Positions 36,810 to 50,542 of a stretch of DNA of 64,000 nt are shown one piece after another. A program made the translations under genes and the position numbers. The stretch is from Dipteris shenzhenensis (Eukaryota), in NCBI GenBank assembly GCA_047967505.1, contig CM106538.1; one strand, 5' to 3'. Under the pieces are notes generated by a model, which did not search any database, was not told the DNA's origin, and worked only from the letters and a program-made list of their open reading frames with translations. The number at the start of each line of letters is the position of its first letter. The stretch's first letter is position 1.

Positions 36810-39800
36810 TTACTTTTTCGGTCCAATGTCAAGTCGATGAAGATGCCTCTCTAGCAAGTCTCTTCCAAGAGCCTTCGTGAAGATGTCCGCAGCATTCTCT
36901 ATAGTTGGACAGTACACCAAGTCGACCTCTCCATCCATGATGAGCTTGTGTACAAAGTGATATTGAATCTCAATGTGTTTTATGCGAGTGTGGAACACCG
37001 GGTTCTTTGCAATCGCCATGCAACTCTGATTGTCACATGATAACTGTGTAGGCTTGTTCTGCACTGCACCCATGTCCCCCAAAATCATCCTCAACCACAC
37101 TGCCTCGCAAGAAGCAAAGCATGTAGATTTGTACTCGGCCTCAGTAGAAGAAAGAGCAATTGTGGGTTGCTTCTTGCTGACCCATGACACAACTCCAGAT
37201 CCAAGTGAGAAACAGTATCCTGTCACTGATCTCCTGCTATCAACGTCTCTTGCCTAATCCGAGTCACAGAATCCGGTCAATATATTGCCCTTGGTATAGG
37301 TGATGCCATAATCATTGATGTATTTCAGCACTCGCATCCCTGCCCTCCAATGGTTCTCCCAGGTATTATTGAAAAACCTGCTTAGTACACCAGTCACAAA
37401 ACTGATGTCCGAATGTGTGTTGCACAGGTAAATCAAGCTACCCACAAACCTTCTATACTTCACTTCATCCACCAGTGGTGATGAATCCTCGTTTGAGAGT
37501 TTCGCATCGACCTCCATAGGGGTACCAACTGTCTTGCACTCACCCATGCCAAATGCCTTCAATATCTCTCTAGCATACTTCAGCTGTGAAATGAAGATCT
37601 CTTTCGGCTCCTGCCAAACTTCAATCCCCAAAAAGAAATGCATCAGTACGAGGTCTGTCATTTCAAACTCTCTTCCTAGCAAATGCTTCGTCTGCGAGAT
37701 CTCCTCTTCATGGTTCCCTGTTATGACAAGGTCGTCCACATAAAGGACCACGATCATACACCTGCCTCCTTCTCTGAAGATATACAAATTTGCATCAGAT
37801 GGGCTCCTCTTAAATCTATTTTGCTGACAGTAAGCATCAATTTGCTGGTACCACAATCATGGGGCCTGTTTCAGCCCGTAAAGTGCCTTCTTTAGTTTGT
37901 AGACTTTACCTTTTGAACTGGGATCTCAAAACCTGGTGGTAGTTCCATGTATACCTCCTCCTTGAGATCTCCATTCAGAAAGGCAAATTTCACATCCATC
38001 TGAAACATGGGCCAACTTCCCTGGGCAGCTAAAGCCAAAACACTGTGAATTGTGGTTAGTCGAGCTATGGGAGCAAAAGTATCTTGATAATCAAAACCAT
38101 GTACCTATGCAAATCCTTTTGCCACAAGCCGAGCCTTGTACTTATCCAACATGCCGTCGGACTTGTTTTTCTTGTACACCCACTTGGTTCCGATTACCTT
38201 GCATTTTGGTGGTTGATCCACAAGGTCCCAAGTGTTGTTCTTCATTATGGAGCCATACTCCGACTGCATAGTCTCCATCCACCTATCATCGCCCTGTGCC
38301 TCTTCAAGACACTTAGGTTCATCAGCACGGATCACTTCTGTCATCAAAACATAGTTGACCAAGTGTTCCTGCGCCCTTCTTTGCTCCTCTAATCTCTTAA
38401 ACTGGTGGTGTTTGGATGGTTCCTCCTCAATGGTTGGAGGTTCTTTGCCATCCAAAAGCTACTTTACCCACTTCGGGAATGGCCGTTGCCATTGTGGTTC
38501 TGTAGGCTCTTCATCTTCTTTGTCTTGAATCCTCCCAAGCACTGTTGGGGGAGTTCGGTCTGCTATTGGTGGCAGTACTGAATGGATATCCTAGTCCTGG
38601 TTGTCTGGGAAGGAAGCATCCTCCTCCAATTGATGCAACTGTTCTGAGAAGACCACATCGTGACTTACAATTACCTTCTTGGTAACAGGGTTATAGAGAC
38701 AGTAACCCTTCGCCTCTTTAGTGTAGCCCAAGAAAATCCACTTTCGGCTCTTCGGTTCCCATTTGGTCCTAGTAGCATCAGGGACATGCATAAAACAGTC
38801 ACATCCAAAAACTCTGAAATGTGCAGCTGAAGGTTTCTTACTAGAAAAGGCTTGCAGTGGAGTCATCCCATTCACAGCTTTCATGTAGCTATGATTCAGG
38901 ATGTAAACTACAGTGTTACATGCTTCAACCCAGAAAGACTTTGGCAAATCTTTCCCTTTCATCATACTCCGGCCCATTTCGCAGATGATGCGCATCTTGC
39001 ATTCTGCTACTCCATTTTGCTGTGATGTATGTGGCGAGGGTTTCTGCCTCTTGATCCCGTGACTTTTGCAGTAACTTTCGAATTCAGTTGATGTGAACTC
39101 TCCACCTCTCTCTGATCTCAACTTCTTCACCTTCCTCCCCGATTCTTTCTCGACCATTACATGCCATTCCTTGAACCTACTAAAAGCCTTGTCTTTAGTC
39201 TTCAGGAAGTATATCCATATCCTTCTATTGTAGTCGTTGGTCAGCATCATGAAGCAGTAGGAACCACCCAAAGCTTCCATCTCCATCTTTCCATAGAGGT
39301 CCATGTGAATGAGCTCTATAGGAGCCTTTTCCCTGCTGGCCTCTTTAGGAAAGGGCTGCTAATGCTGCTTGCCCATCATGCAAGCTTCACATACATCGGG
39401 TAGATCTAAAATTTCTAGTAGGCTTGTAGTCATTCCACTTTTATGTATCTCCTTGAAAGAACTAAGGTTTAGATGACCAAACCTCTCATGCCACAACTTA
39501 GTGTTCATCACATCCGCTCGAGGACTGAAAGCTGAGAGTTCGTAAATGTTGTTACGCCCGTGTACCTTTACCAATGACCTTCCCTTGAAGATCCAAAATT
39601 TGTGCACCATTCTTATCGAATTGAACTTTGAGGTCTCGATCCATGATTGCGGAAATGGACAACAAGTTTCTCTTGATATCTGGCACATAAAGAACATCGG
39701 ACAACTGTTTTACATCTCCATCTGACTTGAGAGCAATCGTACCTGTTCCTTTTGCTAGACATTTTGCATCATCGCCGATTGCTACCAGGATGTCATTCCC

Positions 39801-40430
39801 TACCGGCTGTAGAGAGGTATACCAATCCTTCCGACTGGTCATGTGGCGTGATGCACCACTGTCAATGATCCACGGTTCATCCACAGGCACATGAACTGCC
39901 TCCATGCAAATCTCCTCAATTGCTACGAATAGCTTTATTGGTGCTGCCTGTGCACTGTTGTTGGACTCTTTCTTTACTCTGTTCTTCTCATCTGCAATCT
40001 TCTTTTGGCACTCATTCTGCTTGTGGCCTACCTTGTTGCAATAGAACCACTTGATCTTCTTCTTTCTCTTTTTATCATCAGAAGAAGATGGGTTACCAGA
40101 GTCCTTACCCTTACCTTTCTTTGATCCGGTCTAGAAAGCCGAATCTTCTCCAGCAGTCCTCGTCTTTTGACGCATCTCCTCCTCTAGAAGCATCGCGTTG
40201 AAATCCTCAAAGTTGAGGGGTGGATTTCTATTCTATGTATTTAGTGTCGTAACAAGACCGTCGTACTTTGGTGGGAGAATCCGTATGCACCTTCGTGCTA
40301 GATTCTCGCTGGTGATGGTGATGCCAATTGCAATCATTTGAGACAACTTCTCGTTCGCGAGTTGAGTCTCTAGATTCTGAATCCGCATTTGATTCATGGT
40401 CTCATACTGATTTTTCAAGACCGTCCATGC
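36810..40430 (-). pseudogene. Disrupted Copia gag-pol of the outer element
   Basis: WIIDSGASRHM, WHERFGHLN, LRSERGGEF, YKARLVAKGF, LYVDDL and ALSSTEAEY motifs, split by stops and frameshifts. Confidence 0.93.
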
Positions 40431-40436
40431 CTCCTC

Positions 40437-43400
40437 TATATGCAGCAAACTCAAGAAAACGAGTCCTATGGAGGAGGACATGGTAACTCTAGAGGTAGGG
40501 GGAGCCAAAGAGGCCGTGGTGGATGGCAAAGAGGCCAAAATGCAAACAACAATGTTGAATGCTACTACTGTGGTAAAATGGGTCATATGGCTAAGGACTG
40601 CTACAAAAAGCAGAATGACATTATGAATGGAAAATTGCAGCAAGGCAATTATGCATCTTCCAGTAGACAGGGTGATGACAGAAATGAGCATCTATTTATG
40701 GTGCAGCATATGACCAATTCTATGACAAGTGTAGAAGAACGCAATGATGTGTGGTATGTTGACTCAGGTGCATCAAACCACATGACAGGTCATGCAGAAT
40801 GGATGCAGGATGCAAGGAAAATGGAAAAACCAGGATTTGTGGAGACTGGTGATGATACTGCACATCCTATTGTGCAGATTGGTAAAATTCCTTTGTCTAT
40901 GCAGGATGGGAAAAAGAAATACCTATCTGATGTATTTCATGTCCCGAACATCACCAAGAACCTGGTTTCTGTTGGTCAAATGGTTGAGCAAGCTTGCAAG
41001 TCAGATTTAATCCTCATGGATGCTTTGTTGAGGATATGAAAAATAAAGGTTACTTGATAGCAAAAGGAAAGAAGAAGGGCAGGATGTTTACGTTGGATGC
41101 GGACATGCCTAAATTGAGTGCAGCAATGTTTGCACATGGGACCGGTGTTGTTGCAGATATTGATATATGGCATAAACGCATTGGTCATGTTAATATACAG
41201 CAACTTAAATCAATGCAAGCCTGAAATATTATTGTAGGATTGCCTAAATTCAAGGTTGCAGAAATGCATAAGGTTTGTGAAGCCTGTCAATTTGGAAAAT
41301 AGGCAAGGAAACCATTTCCTAGGCATGTTCAAGAGAGTAAAAAGCCATTGGAATTAATCCACTCTGATGTGTGGACTACTAAAGCTGCATCTATTGGAGG
41401 CTGTCACTATTTTGTCACTTTTATTGATGACTTCAGCAGAAAAGTTTGGGTGTATTTTATGACAAAGAAAAGTGAAGTGTTTTGGCACTTCAAAGCTTTT
41501 AAAGCTATGGTTGAAAAAGAAACAGGCCTACAAATAAAATGCCTAAGGTCAGATGGAGGGGGAGAGTACCTCTCAAATGAGTTCGCAAGGTTCCTGCAGG
41601 AGCATGGCATAAATCAACAATATTCATGCAGTCATACCCCACAGCAAAATGGACTTGTAGAAAGGAAAAACAGGCATATTGGAGAGGTATCTCGGGCCAT
41701 GCTAAATGAGAAAGATCTACCAGATTATTATTGGGCTGAAGCAGTTGCTACAGCAGTTTACATAATGAACAGGACTCCCACTGCAGCAATACATGGCATG
41801 ACGCCAGAGGAGATGTGTACTGGTAGGAAACCAGACATTTCTCATTTGAAAGTTTTTTGTTGCATTGCCTATGTTCATGTGCCAGATGAGTTGAGGTCCA
41901 AGTTGGATCCAAAAGCTGAGAAGTGCGTCTTTATTGGTTATTCTCTGTAGCAGAAAGGGTATAGATGCTATAACCCTTCTACTCGTAAGATTACAGTGAG
42001 CAGAGATGTTGTTTTTGATGAGATGAGCAGCTGGTATAAACCAGTAAATGTGATGATTGATGTAGATGCACAAAATGGTAATGCTGCATAGAATGAATTC
42101 AATGCAACAGTCACAAAATATCAGTGGACCTACAGTGTCCTCTAGCAGTGGTTCACATACTTCGCCATGGACAGGCAGATTGAGATCAGGAGAATCTCCT
42201 CAAAGCAATGCAGATAGTGGTACGCAGGTATCACAAAAAGGAAAAGAGAAGGTAGATCAGCCCATGTTTGATGTGAATGTAGGTCACTCTTATGTGAATG
42301 GTGAATCCAGTGGCTCAGAACAGAGCATTGATGATGAGTTGGGTATTCCTTCTGTTGTTACATCTAGAGTAAGGAAGACCAGGGATATTTTGAGAGCACC
42401 TGGAAGTGAGCCTATTTTGCACAGGTCTACCAGAGCTAGGTATCCTGTGGATAGGCTAAAATATGATGGATTTACAGCCATTCACTATGCCTATATGGTC
42501 AAAGTGATACAGGAACTAGAACCCACTTCTTTTGAACAAGCCATGGGAAATGAAAAATGGGAGAAAGCCATGGATGAAGAAATGGATGCCTTGGAAGCAA
42601 ATGCTACATGGGAATTGGTGCCTTTGCCTAAAGACAAGAATGCAATTGGCTGTAAGTGGGTTTATAAGATCAAGAACAATGCAGATGGTTCTTGAATAGA
42701 TACAAGACAAGATTAGTTATCAAGGGGTATGCACAGACATACGGCATTGATTATGAAGAAACATTCAGTCCGGTTGCAAGGATGGCAACTGTAAGAGCAG
42801 TCATTGCTATGGCTGCATCAAAGGGATGGTCCTTACACTAGATGGATGTAAAGAATGCCTTCTTGCATGGTGATTTGCAAGAAGAGGTCTTTATGGAGCA
42901 GCCACCAGGTTATGTTCATGCTATTCATCTTGAGTTTGTTTGCAGGTTGAAGAAAACCTTGTATGGCTTGAAGCAAGCACCTAGAGCATGGTCTGACAAG
43001 ATAGGACAGTATCTTGTCACTATTGGCTTTCATATTTCCAAGGCAGATTTCTCACTCTATGTGAGAAAAAGAGAGAAAGGGATTATGCTGCTTGTCATTT
43101 ATGTTGATGATTTGATCATCACAGGTGATAGTGATGAAGATATCCTTCATGTGAAAATGCTATTGAAGTAGAAATTTGAGATGAAGGATTTGGGAGAGCT
43201 ACGTTATTTCTTGGGCATTGAGGTTATTAGATCACCAAGTGGGATACAGCTCTTGCAGAGGCAGTATGGATTGGACATGTTGTCCAAATATGGGATGACA
43301 GGCTGTAAGCCTATTTCAGTTCCTTTGGAGCAGAATGTGAAGCTGAGCACAGATGCAGGTGAGCTTCTGGAAGACCCTACTATGTACAGATGCATAGTAG

Positions 43401-44398
43401 GAAGTTTGATTTATATGACTATTACCAGGCCAGATTTAAGCTATGCTGTTGGATTGATAAGTCAGTTTATGCAGGCTCCAAGGAAACCGCATTTGGATGC
43501 GGCTAGATGCATACTCAGGTATGTGAAGTCCACATTGCAGTATGGACTATTTTATGAGGCTGGGGTTCAGATACAGTTGCATGGATACACTGATGCTGAT
43601 TGGGCTGGTAGTATTTCTGATAGACGATCTACCAGTGGATATGTGTTCTCTTTTGGGAGTGCTACAGTCACTTGGAGCAGCAAGAAACAGCCTATAGTTG
43701 CCTTGTCAAGCATAGAGGCTGAGTACAGGGGTGCAGCAATGGCTGCATGCGAGGTAGCTTGGTTGCATAAGCTACTCTATGATATGCATCAGATGGGCCA
43801 GTTGTCATTTATTGTGACAGCATGAGCAGTATACACTTGGGAAATAACCCAGTCTATCATGCTAGAACAAAGCACATTGAGGTGCATTATCACTGTGTGG
43901 GAGAAGGTTTTACTAGGTCTTATTGATCTAGTTTATGTCAGCATAGAGGATCAGGTAGCTGACATATTCACGAAAGCATTGGGCGCAGAGAAGCTGCGCA
44001 ATTCAGAGACCTGCTTGGTGTGCAGGAATTGGGATTGAGCTCGAGGGGGAGTGTTGAGATATCGAGCTCCACTCGTGATATGCGAGGGTGACCATTGTGC
44101 ATTTATGTCACCGACTTGTTAGCTGCAGACACGGTTGGTACACCGCCTATGAATAATAGCTGGATGACAGCTATCCTTATCTACTCTAGTTTGTGGCTCA
44201 GTGAGTATGCCACCTTAGTTAGTCGAGTTTGGTTTGAGACCCACATATAGGGTTCTTCTATTTCTTTATACTAGAGTTCTTTTGGCTTTCACAACTAAGA
44301 AGAGGAAAACTGTTTTCAGCCTCCACCTTTGTGTGTATTCCCCCATTGTGCATGTGAGAAAGCCGCAAGTGAGACTCCTTCCCTCTCTCCCACTATCA
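40437..44398 (+). mobile_element. 5'-deleted Copia nested in the outer gag; 3' LTR 44052-44398; relative of the 49666-55125 element
   Basis: RGG-rich gag end, CCHC knuckle, WYVDSGASNHM, and IN/RT/RH with several stops. PPT GAGGGGGAG then TGTTG...CTATCA. The outer gag resumes on both sides (...IMALIQH | EAWTVLKNQ). Confidence 0.92.
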
Positions 44399-47300
44399 TG
44401 TTGAATTAATGCCATGATGGAATCACTAACACTCCAGATAATAGAACACAATGCATCTGCATTTCTTCTTGTCCATGCGAGAATCTCATCCGCAGTTGGT
44501 ACTATTTGTTGTCCTACATTGGCTGGATCCCCGGTCTCGCAACCCCAGCCTCACGTCCACCCCAGTAGCAGTGTCACAAAGCTCATATGCACTTAGGATG
44601 GTCTTCATCTTGAACTTCTAGTGTGGATAGTTAGAGCCGTCCAACTTTTCGCTTTCGTCGAACGGTGGGATTCGCAGTCTTGAGGGCTGGGCCATCTCTC
44701 ACAATCTGCTTGCAAACAGAAACACACTACCAAATCTTCTTGCTAGAGTCCGAGCTCTGATACCATGTAAGAAAATAATACAACGTCTGTGCTCAACAGA
44801 TAATAGGATCTTGTACGCAAGAGAGAAAACAAGATAGTATGGAGAATCAAAAATTTGATTACCGTAGAACTGATACAATAGATGGCGTTGCCTCCCAACC
44901 GTGCACTCCTATGAAAGAAGCTTCGATGGCATGCTGGAAATAGTAGAAGATGGAGGTTGGAAGATAAGGAATCAGGGTTGCTATAGCCAGTGATGAAATG
45001 GGCTTCACGGTCTTGCTCTTATATCGCCACCAGTCATAGTTGGTTAGGCTCAATTGGGTGACTGACCCAGTCTGCCCAAAATGGTCGATTGTGGGTTGAT
45101 CTTGAAATAGGCTACCGACCATACAATAAAACCGGTGCGCAAAACATAGCAACTAACCTACAGTCTCCGTTCGGCCCAGAGCCATCCAGGATCATTTGAG
45201 GCTCCAAACGGGCTTCGCAACCTGAGAGTGGGCTGCCCCGAGAAATGCTCCATCTACCCTTAGTGCGGTCAGTCACAGGATGCCTTCCCGCACTTGCATG
45301 TAGCCTAGTTGGTGGTGTGCCAACTCTATCTGAAGCCGTCCAACCATCAGGCCACACATGGCCCCCATCTGGTGTCCAAACCAGGACCTACCGAATAACC
45401 GAGCTACTCAAATGCCTTCTCCTCATATGGGGGGCTTATAAGTAGAGTTAGCTAGTTCCCACGTAGTTACACGAGAGTGGAGCATTGATATGTAACAAAA
45501 TTCATATGTGAGGGTTAAAGAAGTGAGTTGGAAGAATTGAACTTGGGCATGGCAAAAAGGCCGCAGAAAGTAAAACTTAGTGTACATGTGGAAGGAAATT
45601 TCAAAGCAGAATTGATGCAATTACTAATGGAATTTGAATATGTTTTTTCTCAAGAATACATCAACATGAAGGGGATCAATTTGAGAGTGTGTGTTCACTG
45701 CATAAATCTAAAAAAGGATGCAATTCCAATAGTGTAATAGAGGTATCGAATGAATCCTAACTATGTTAAGTTGGTCAAAGAACAAATAAATAAATTGATT
45801 AGAGTAGGTTTCATATACCTTGTGGAAAAAGTGATAGATTTCCCCAATAGTCATAGTCCCTAAGAAAAATGGAAAATTGTAGCTGTGTGGACTATAAAAA
45901 ATTGAAAGTAGCCTCTATCAGCAATCCCTTCCTTCTATCTTTTTGTGACACTATGTTGGACGCAGTAGTGGGCCATGAAGTGAATAATTTTTTAGATGGA
46001 TTCAATGGTTATAATCAGATCCAAATGGTAGAGGAAGATAAAGACAAAATGGCATTTGTGATGGAATGGGGGTGCTTGCATAAGCAATGTAATGAATCAT
46101 TCTAGGGATGGATGCAGAAAATTTTTGCACCATACCTCACAATTTTCATGTGAGTGTTTTTGGATTACTTCAGTGTGTTTGGCAAAAAAGATGCACATTG
46201 AACAACTTTGGCTCTGTTTTGGAAAATGTGGAGAGTCTCAGTTGAGCTTAAATCCGATAAAATGTGCATTTGCAATTCGTCGGGGTGTCTTACCTAGACA
46301 CATCATTTTAATAGAAGGGATGGCTATTGATCCAAGGAAGGTTGCTATAGTCTAGGAGGCTAGAGAGCCCATAAATGCTAAAGAGATCATGTGGTTCATT
46401 GGGCAAGTGAAATGGCACAATAGATTTCTCAAATATTGTTCCTATGTCTGCCAACCATTGACAAGATTGATTAAGAAAAATGAATAATTTATTTGGAGAG
46501 AGTAGCAGCAAAAATCATTCAAGCTATCGAAGAAAATGCTGGTGGTAGCACCTATCCTCATCCCATGGGACCAGAATCGAGATTTTCATGTCTCTATGGG
46601 CGCATCAGATAGTGCCATAGGTGCAGTCTTAGTGCAAACCGGGGTGGTTCCAGCTGATTTATTATGTCAATCGTACCTTATCATCATCTGAACATAATTA
46701 TTTAGTTACTGAAAGGAAAGCCTTGGGCATGGTATATGCTTTGCAAAAATTCAAGAATTATCTTTTGGGCAGTGTAGTGGTCTTTCATGTTGACCATCTA
46801 GCATTAATGTATTTGATCAATAAGCCACAACCATCCGAAAGGATAGTAAGATGGATCCTCCTCTTACAAGAATTCAGCTACTATAGAATAGTGCACACAC
46901 CAAGAAGAAAACATCTCATTGTGGATTACCTTAGCATATTAGAGTCCGGGGAACACCCAGGACAAGGAACTCTAGATGACATACCAGATGCATCTTTGTT
47001 CCAAGTGCAAGCCATTCGTGGAACACATTGGTATGACCAAACACTACAATTCTTGATAGATGGAATGTTTTATTTCTAAAATTTTCACAAGGGATTAGAG
47101 GCATAGATTGGCTCTCAAAAACAGACCATTTATGATCATTGCAGGAGCATTGTATAAAAGAGGAATAGATCAAATACTCCGACGATGTGTTCCAGACCAT
47201 AAGCAACATGCTGTTTTGTATTAGGCCCATCAAGGGACATTGGGTGGCCACTTTGAGGGTGATGTGATAGTAAGAAAGATCTTTCAAGCTAGATTGTGGT

Positions 47301-50300
47301 GGTTGGAAGCAATCAAAGACTCACATGAATTTGCAAAGAAATGGTGGCCATTTTGAGGGGGCTTTGAGGGTGATGTGATAGCGAGAAAGATTGTCCAAGC
47401 CAAATTGTGGTGGCCGACAGTAATCAAAGACTCACATGAATTTGCAAAGAAATGCTGGTATTGCCAAAGAGATGGACAACCATTTGATGTTGATAGATTG
47501 CCACTCAACCCAATCTTTCCACTTGAGTCCATTTCAAAAATGGGGTTTAGATTTTGTGGGGCCATTCAAGCCAGCCACAAAACACATTAGGAAAAAATAT
47601 ATTTTGGTAACCATGGATATTACACTAAGTGGGTAGAGGCACAAGCTATATGCGGCAATCCATCTGACAGTACATAAAAGTTCTTGTACCATAACATAAT
47701 TATGTGGTTTAGATTATCAGATCAAGGACACTTTCTCAACAAAGCCATTAAAAAAATGACAAAAGTTCATATGATTGTTCACAAAATTGCATCAACTTAC
47801 CACCCACAACCACCTGGATAGGTAGAAAGTTATAACAAAATCATGAAGTGGATTCTAAAATTTACAGTTTTGGAAAATAGTATGGACTGGAACACAAAGC
47901 TAGATTTAACATTGCGGGCATTCTGAACAACATTCAAGGTAAGCATGGAAATGACACCCTTCAAGTAAGTTTATGGAGTTGAGGCAGTAGACTCCATGGC
48001 ATTTGCGACAACTAGTTTACAAGTTTCAGCCAAGAAATTGAGTCTAGAGAAGTCGGTGAAGTTTGGATGATAGCAATTGAATCAATTGGAAGAATATTGA
48101 CTCAAAAGTTGACACATTGCACAAGTCATCCAAGAGCAAAGAAAAGACTGGATTGACAAAAACATCAAATTCAATTGTTCAAGGAAGGAGATTGGGTACC
48201 TATGTTTAATACAAAATCATGGACATTCTCAAGAAAGTTGAAATTGAGATATGATGGACCATTCAAAATTGTGAAGGATTTAGGCCAAGGAACATTTTGA
48301 TTGGTTGATATGCATGGTAATATAAAATTGAAAGTGGTCAATGGGTTCCAACTAAAGCCGTTTGTTTGATTGAGGAAAAAGTATGATCCGACTTCGAACC
48401 ATTTGGTTGAACATCAGACTCTTGGGTGATCCAACAGTCAGATCCATTGGGCCTTTAAATAAAGAAATCATGCAAGGGAGTGGCAACAATGACACTTCAC
48501 ACGTGCAAATATTGTAGCACATGCAAAAATCGGCACTTCAGTTCCTTCACAACAATCATTCTTACCTTTCCCATCATCCTTCATTTGCTTCAACTATGAG
48601 AAAATCATTTATTTGATTGCCATCGATCTATCAGCATGTGAATGACTCTCAAATCCATCATAAAGAGCATGCTCCTTCTGACAAAGAAGGAGCTACTGGT
48701 AGCTCATCGAGCTTACAAGTCATGTCATCTTCTTTCAATCCCTCAACATGGAAGCGGAATGGGCAGCATGCATTGCATTGGTCGCTCCATAGTCAAGTAA
48801 GCACCAACGTCAACGAGAAGGTAGTAGAATCTCCTCACCCGACAAAGAAAAGGTTAGCTAATGCTTCCACTTGTGATTTCCAAGACTTTAAATATGATAT
48901 GGATACTACTAGTTTGTGTAACATTGCATGGCTTCAAAAGATGGGGTTACACTAGTACTATTATCTTCCTTGGTGTGGGAGTGGGCCCCATGAATATGGA
49001 AGCATGGAGACAATTTGACCACTTGCGAGATATAAAAAGATATACTTACACCAAGATTGTTAGTCACATTTGAGTTAGTGGCTTGGGTGTTTAAACTACC
49101 ATTGATTCCAAATGCATCCATGAAAGCTCCAAGTAGATATCTAGATGAGGTAATGGTGCAATAATTTGGTGAGGAGTTACACTCAAAAGGATTCTTTTAT
49201 GTGAAGAATGCACTCAAAGGCCAGAGATGAGATCAGTGTGAGTGGTTCTTGGAGAGGGTGTTGCTTCTTATCAAATATGATTACATTTCAAAAGATAACT
49301 ATTCTCTTATGCATTTTGCCATGTTGGTCAATCCAATCAATTGGGCAGTATTCATGCACAAAAGAATCATGGGGGGAATAGCTGGCAAGAATAAGCAAAG
49401 GAGTATGACCCACATCAAAATTTGATCCATTCTCTATGCTCTTTATTTAAATTCTAGAGGGGCCACATCCTAGCCAATGTCTACCATTTTCAAATGAAGA
49501 GGATGAGGTAGAAGACAGATGCATTGGGGAAGAGCTCGCACAACAGAGGAAACAGTTAGAATTGTAAAGGAAGTTGGGTACAAACAAGCAGAGATTGAAG
49601 CATCAATGCACAAAAATATTTACAATCACCATTAAAGGTTGCCCACCAGTAGGTTAAACTCAATCTGTTGAGATATCAAGCTCTATCCCCGACATATCTC
49701 CTGGATGACTATCATTTATGTCACCGCCTATGTTAGTTGTACTCGTGGTGTAGTTAGACTACCACGTATGTTTTTGGTTTGGGTTCACATATGAACCACG
49801 TATTCTAGGTTTTGACATATAGGGTATTTCCCTCTTCTATTGTATTGTTGTTGTGTGCAAAAGTGAAGAAAGGCTTCACCCTCCAACCTTGTGTCCTCTC
49901 TCTTTTGTGTGTTGTGAAGAAAGCTGAACTTGATTCTCCTATCTCTCTCTCTTATTCTTTACATGGTATCAGAGCCTTGTTCGTGGTAAGGAGCTCAAGA
50001 AAGAAAGCCAAGTTTGTGGTGTCCTGGTAAGAGGACCAGTGTTGCTTTCCTACTTCGAGTTTGGGAGCAAATCTTTGCAGGTAGCACAGCCAGAAGTGCA
50101 GGAGTGCACTGCTTCAGATTGAGAGGCCCTTCGCGGTGCGGCGAGAGCGCAGTATATGCTGCGGGAAGGGGCAAAGCCCTCGGTGACTTTATTTTTTTGA
50201 TTTGAGGCCCTTTCGGGACCCGTTTTGAGGGCGGAAGTTCTTCGCAGGCACTCAGAAAAAGGCCCTGTTTTTGCTGTGCGACCACTGCGCGCGGCCAGTC

Positions 50301-50542
50301 GGTGGAAAGGTGCCACAGAAACTGCGTCGTATGCCTGTGTGCAGAGATATTGGGAGTTGCAGATTCATGCCTGTTGCCTGTTGATGCAAAATCGTCACTA
50401 GGAAGTGACTGTGTGGTGAAATACCACTTTCGTCAGTGTTGCAGATCTGCCCCTGTGAGGCTCTTTGCAGAAGTTTTGCTATTTGCCCTTTTGAGGCATT
50501 TGCTGTGTTTACAGGTTGCTGTTGCAATTCGTGATTTGTAAA

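Larger units (their letters stand above)
36078..45497 (-). mobile_element. Older full-length Copia element (LTRs 36078-36791 and 44766-45497) carrying a nested Copia
   Basis: Two diverged ~720-bp LTR copies; PBS TGGTATCAGAGC at 44754-44765; PPT GAGGGAGGG next to 36791; PR-IN-RT-RH order in broken ORFs. Confidence 0.93.
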
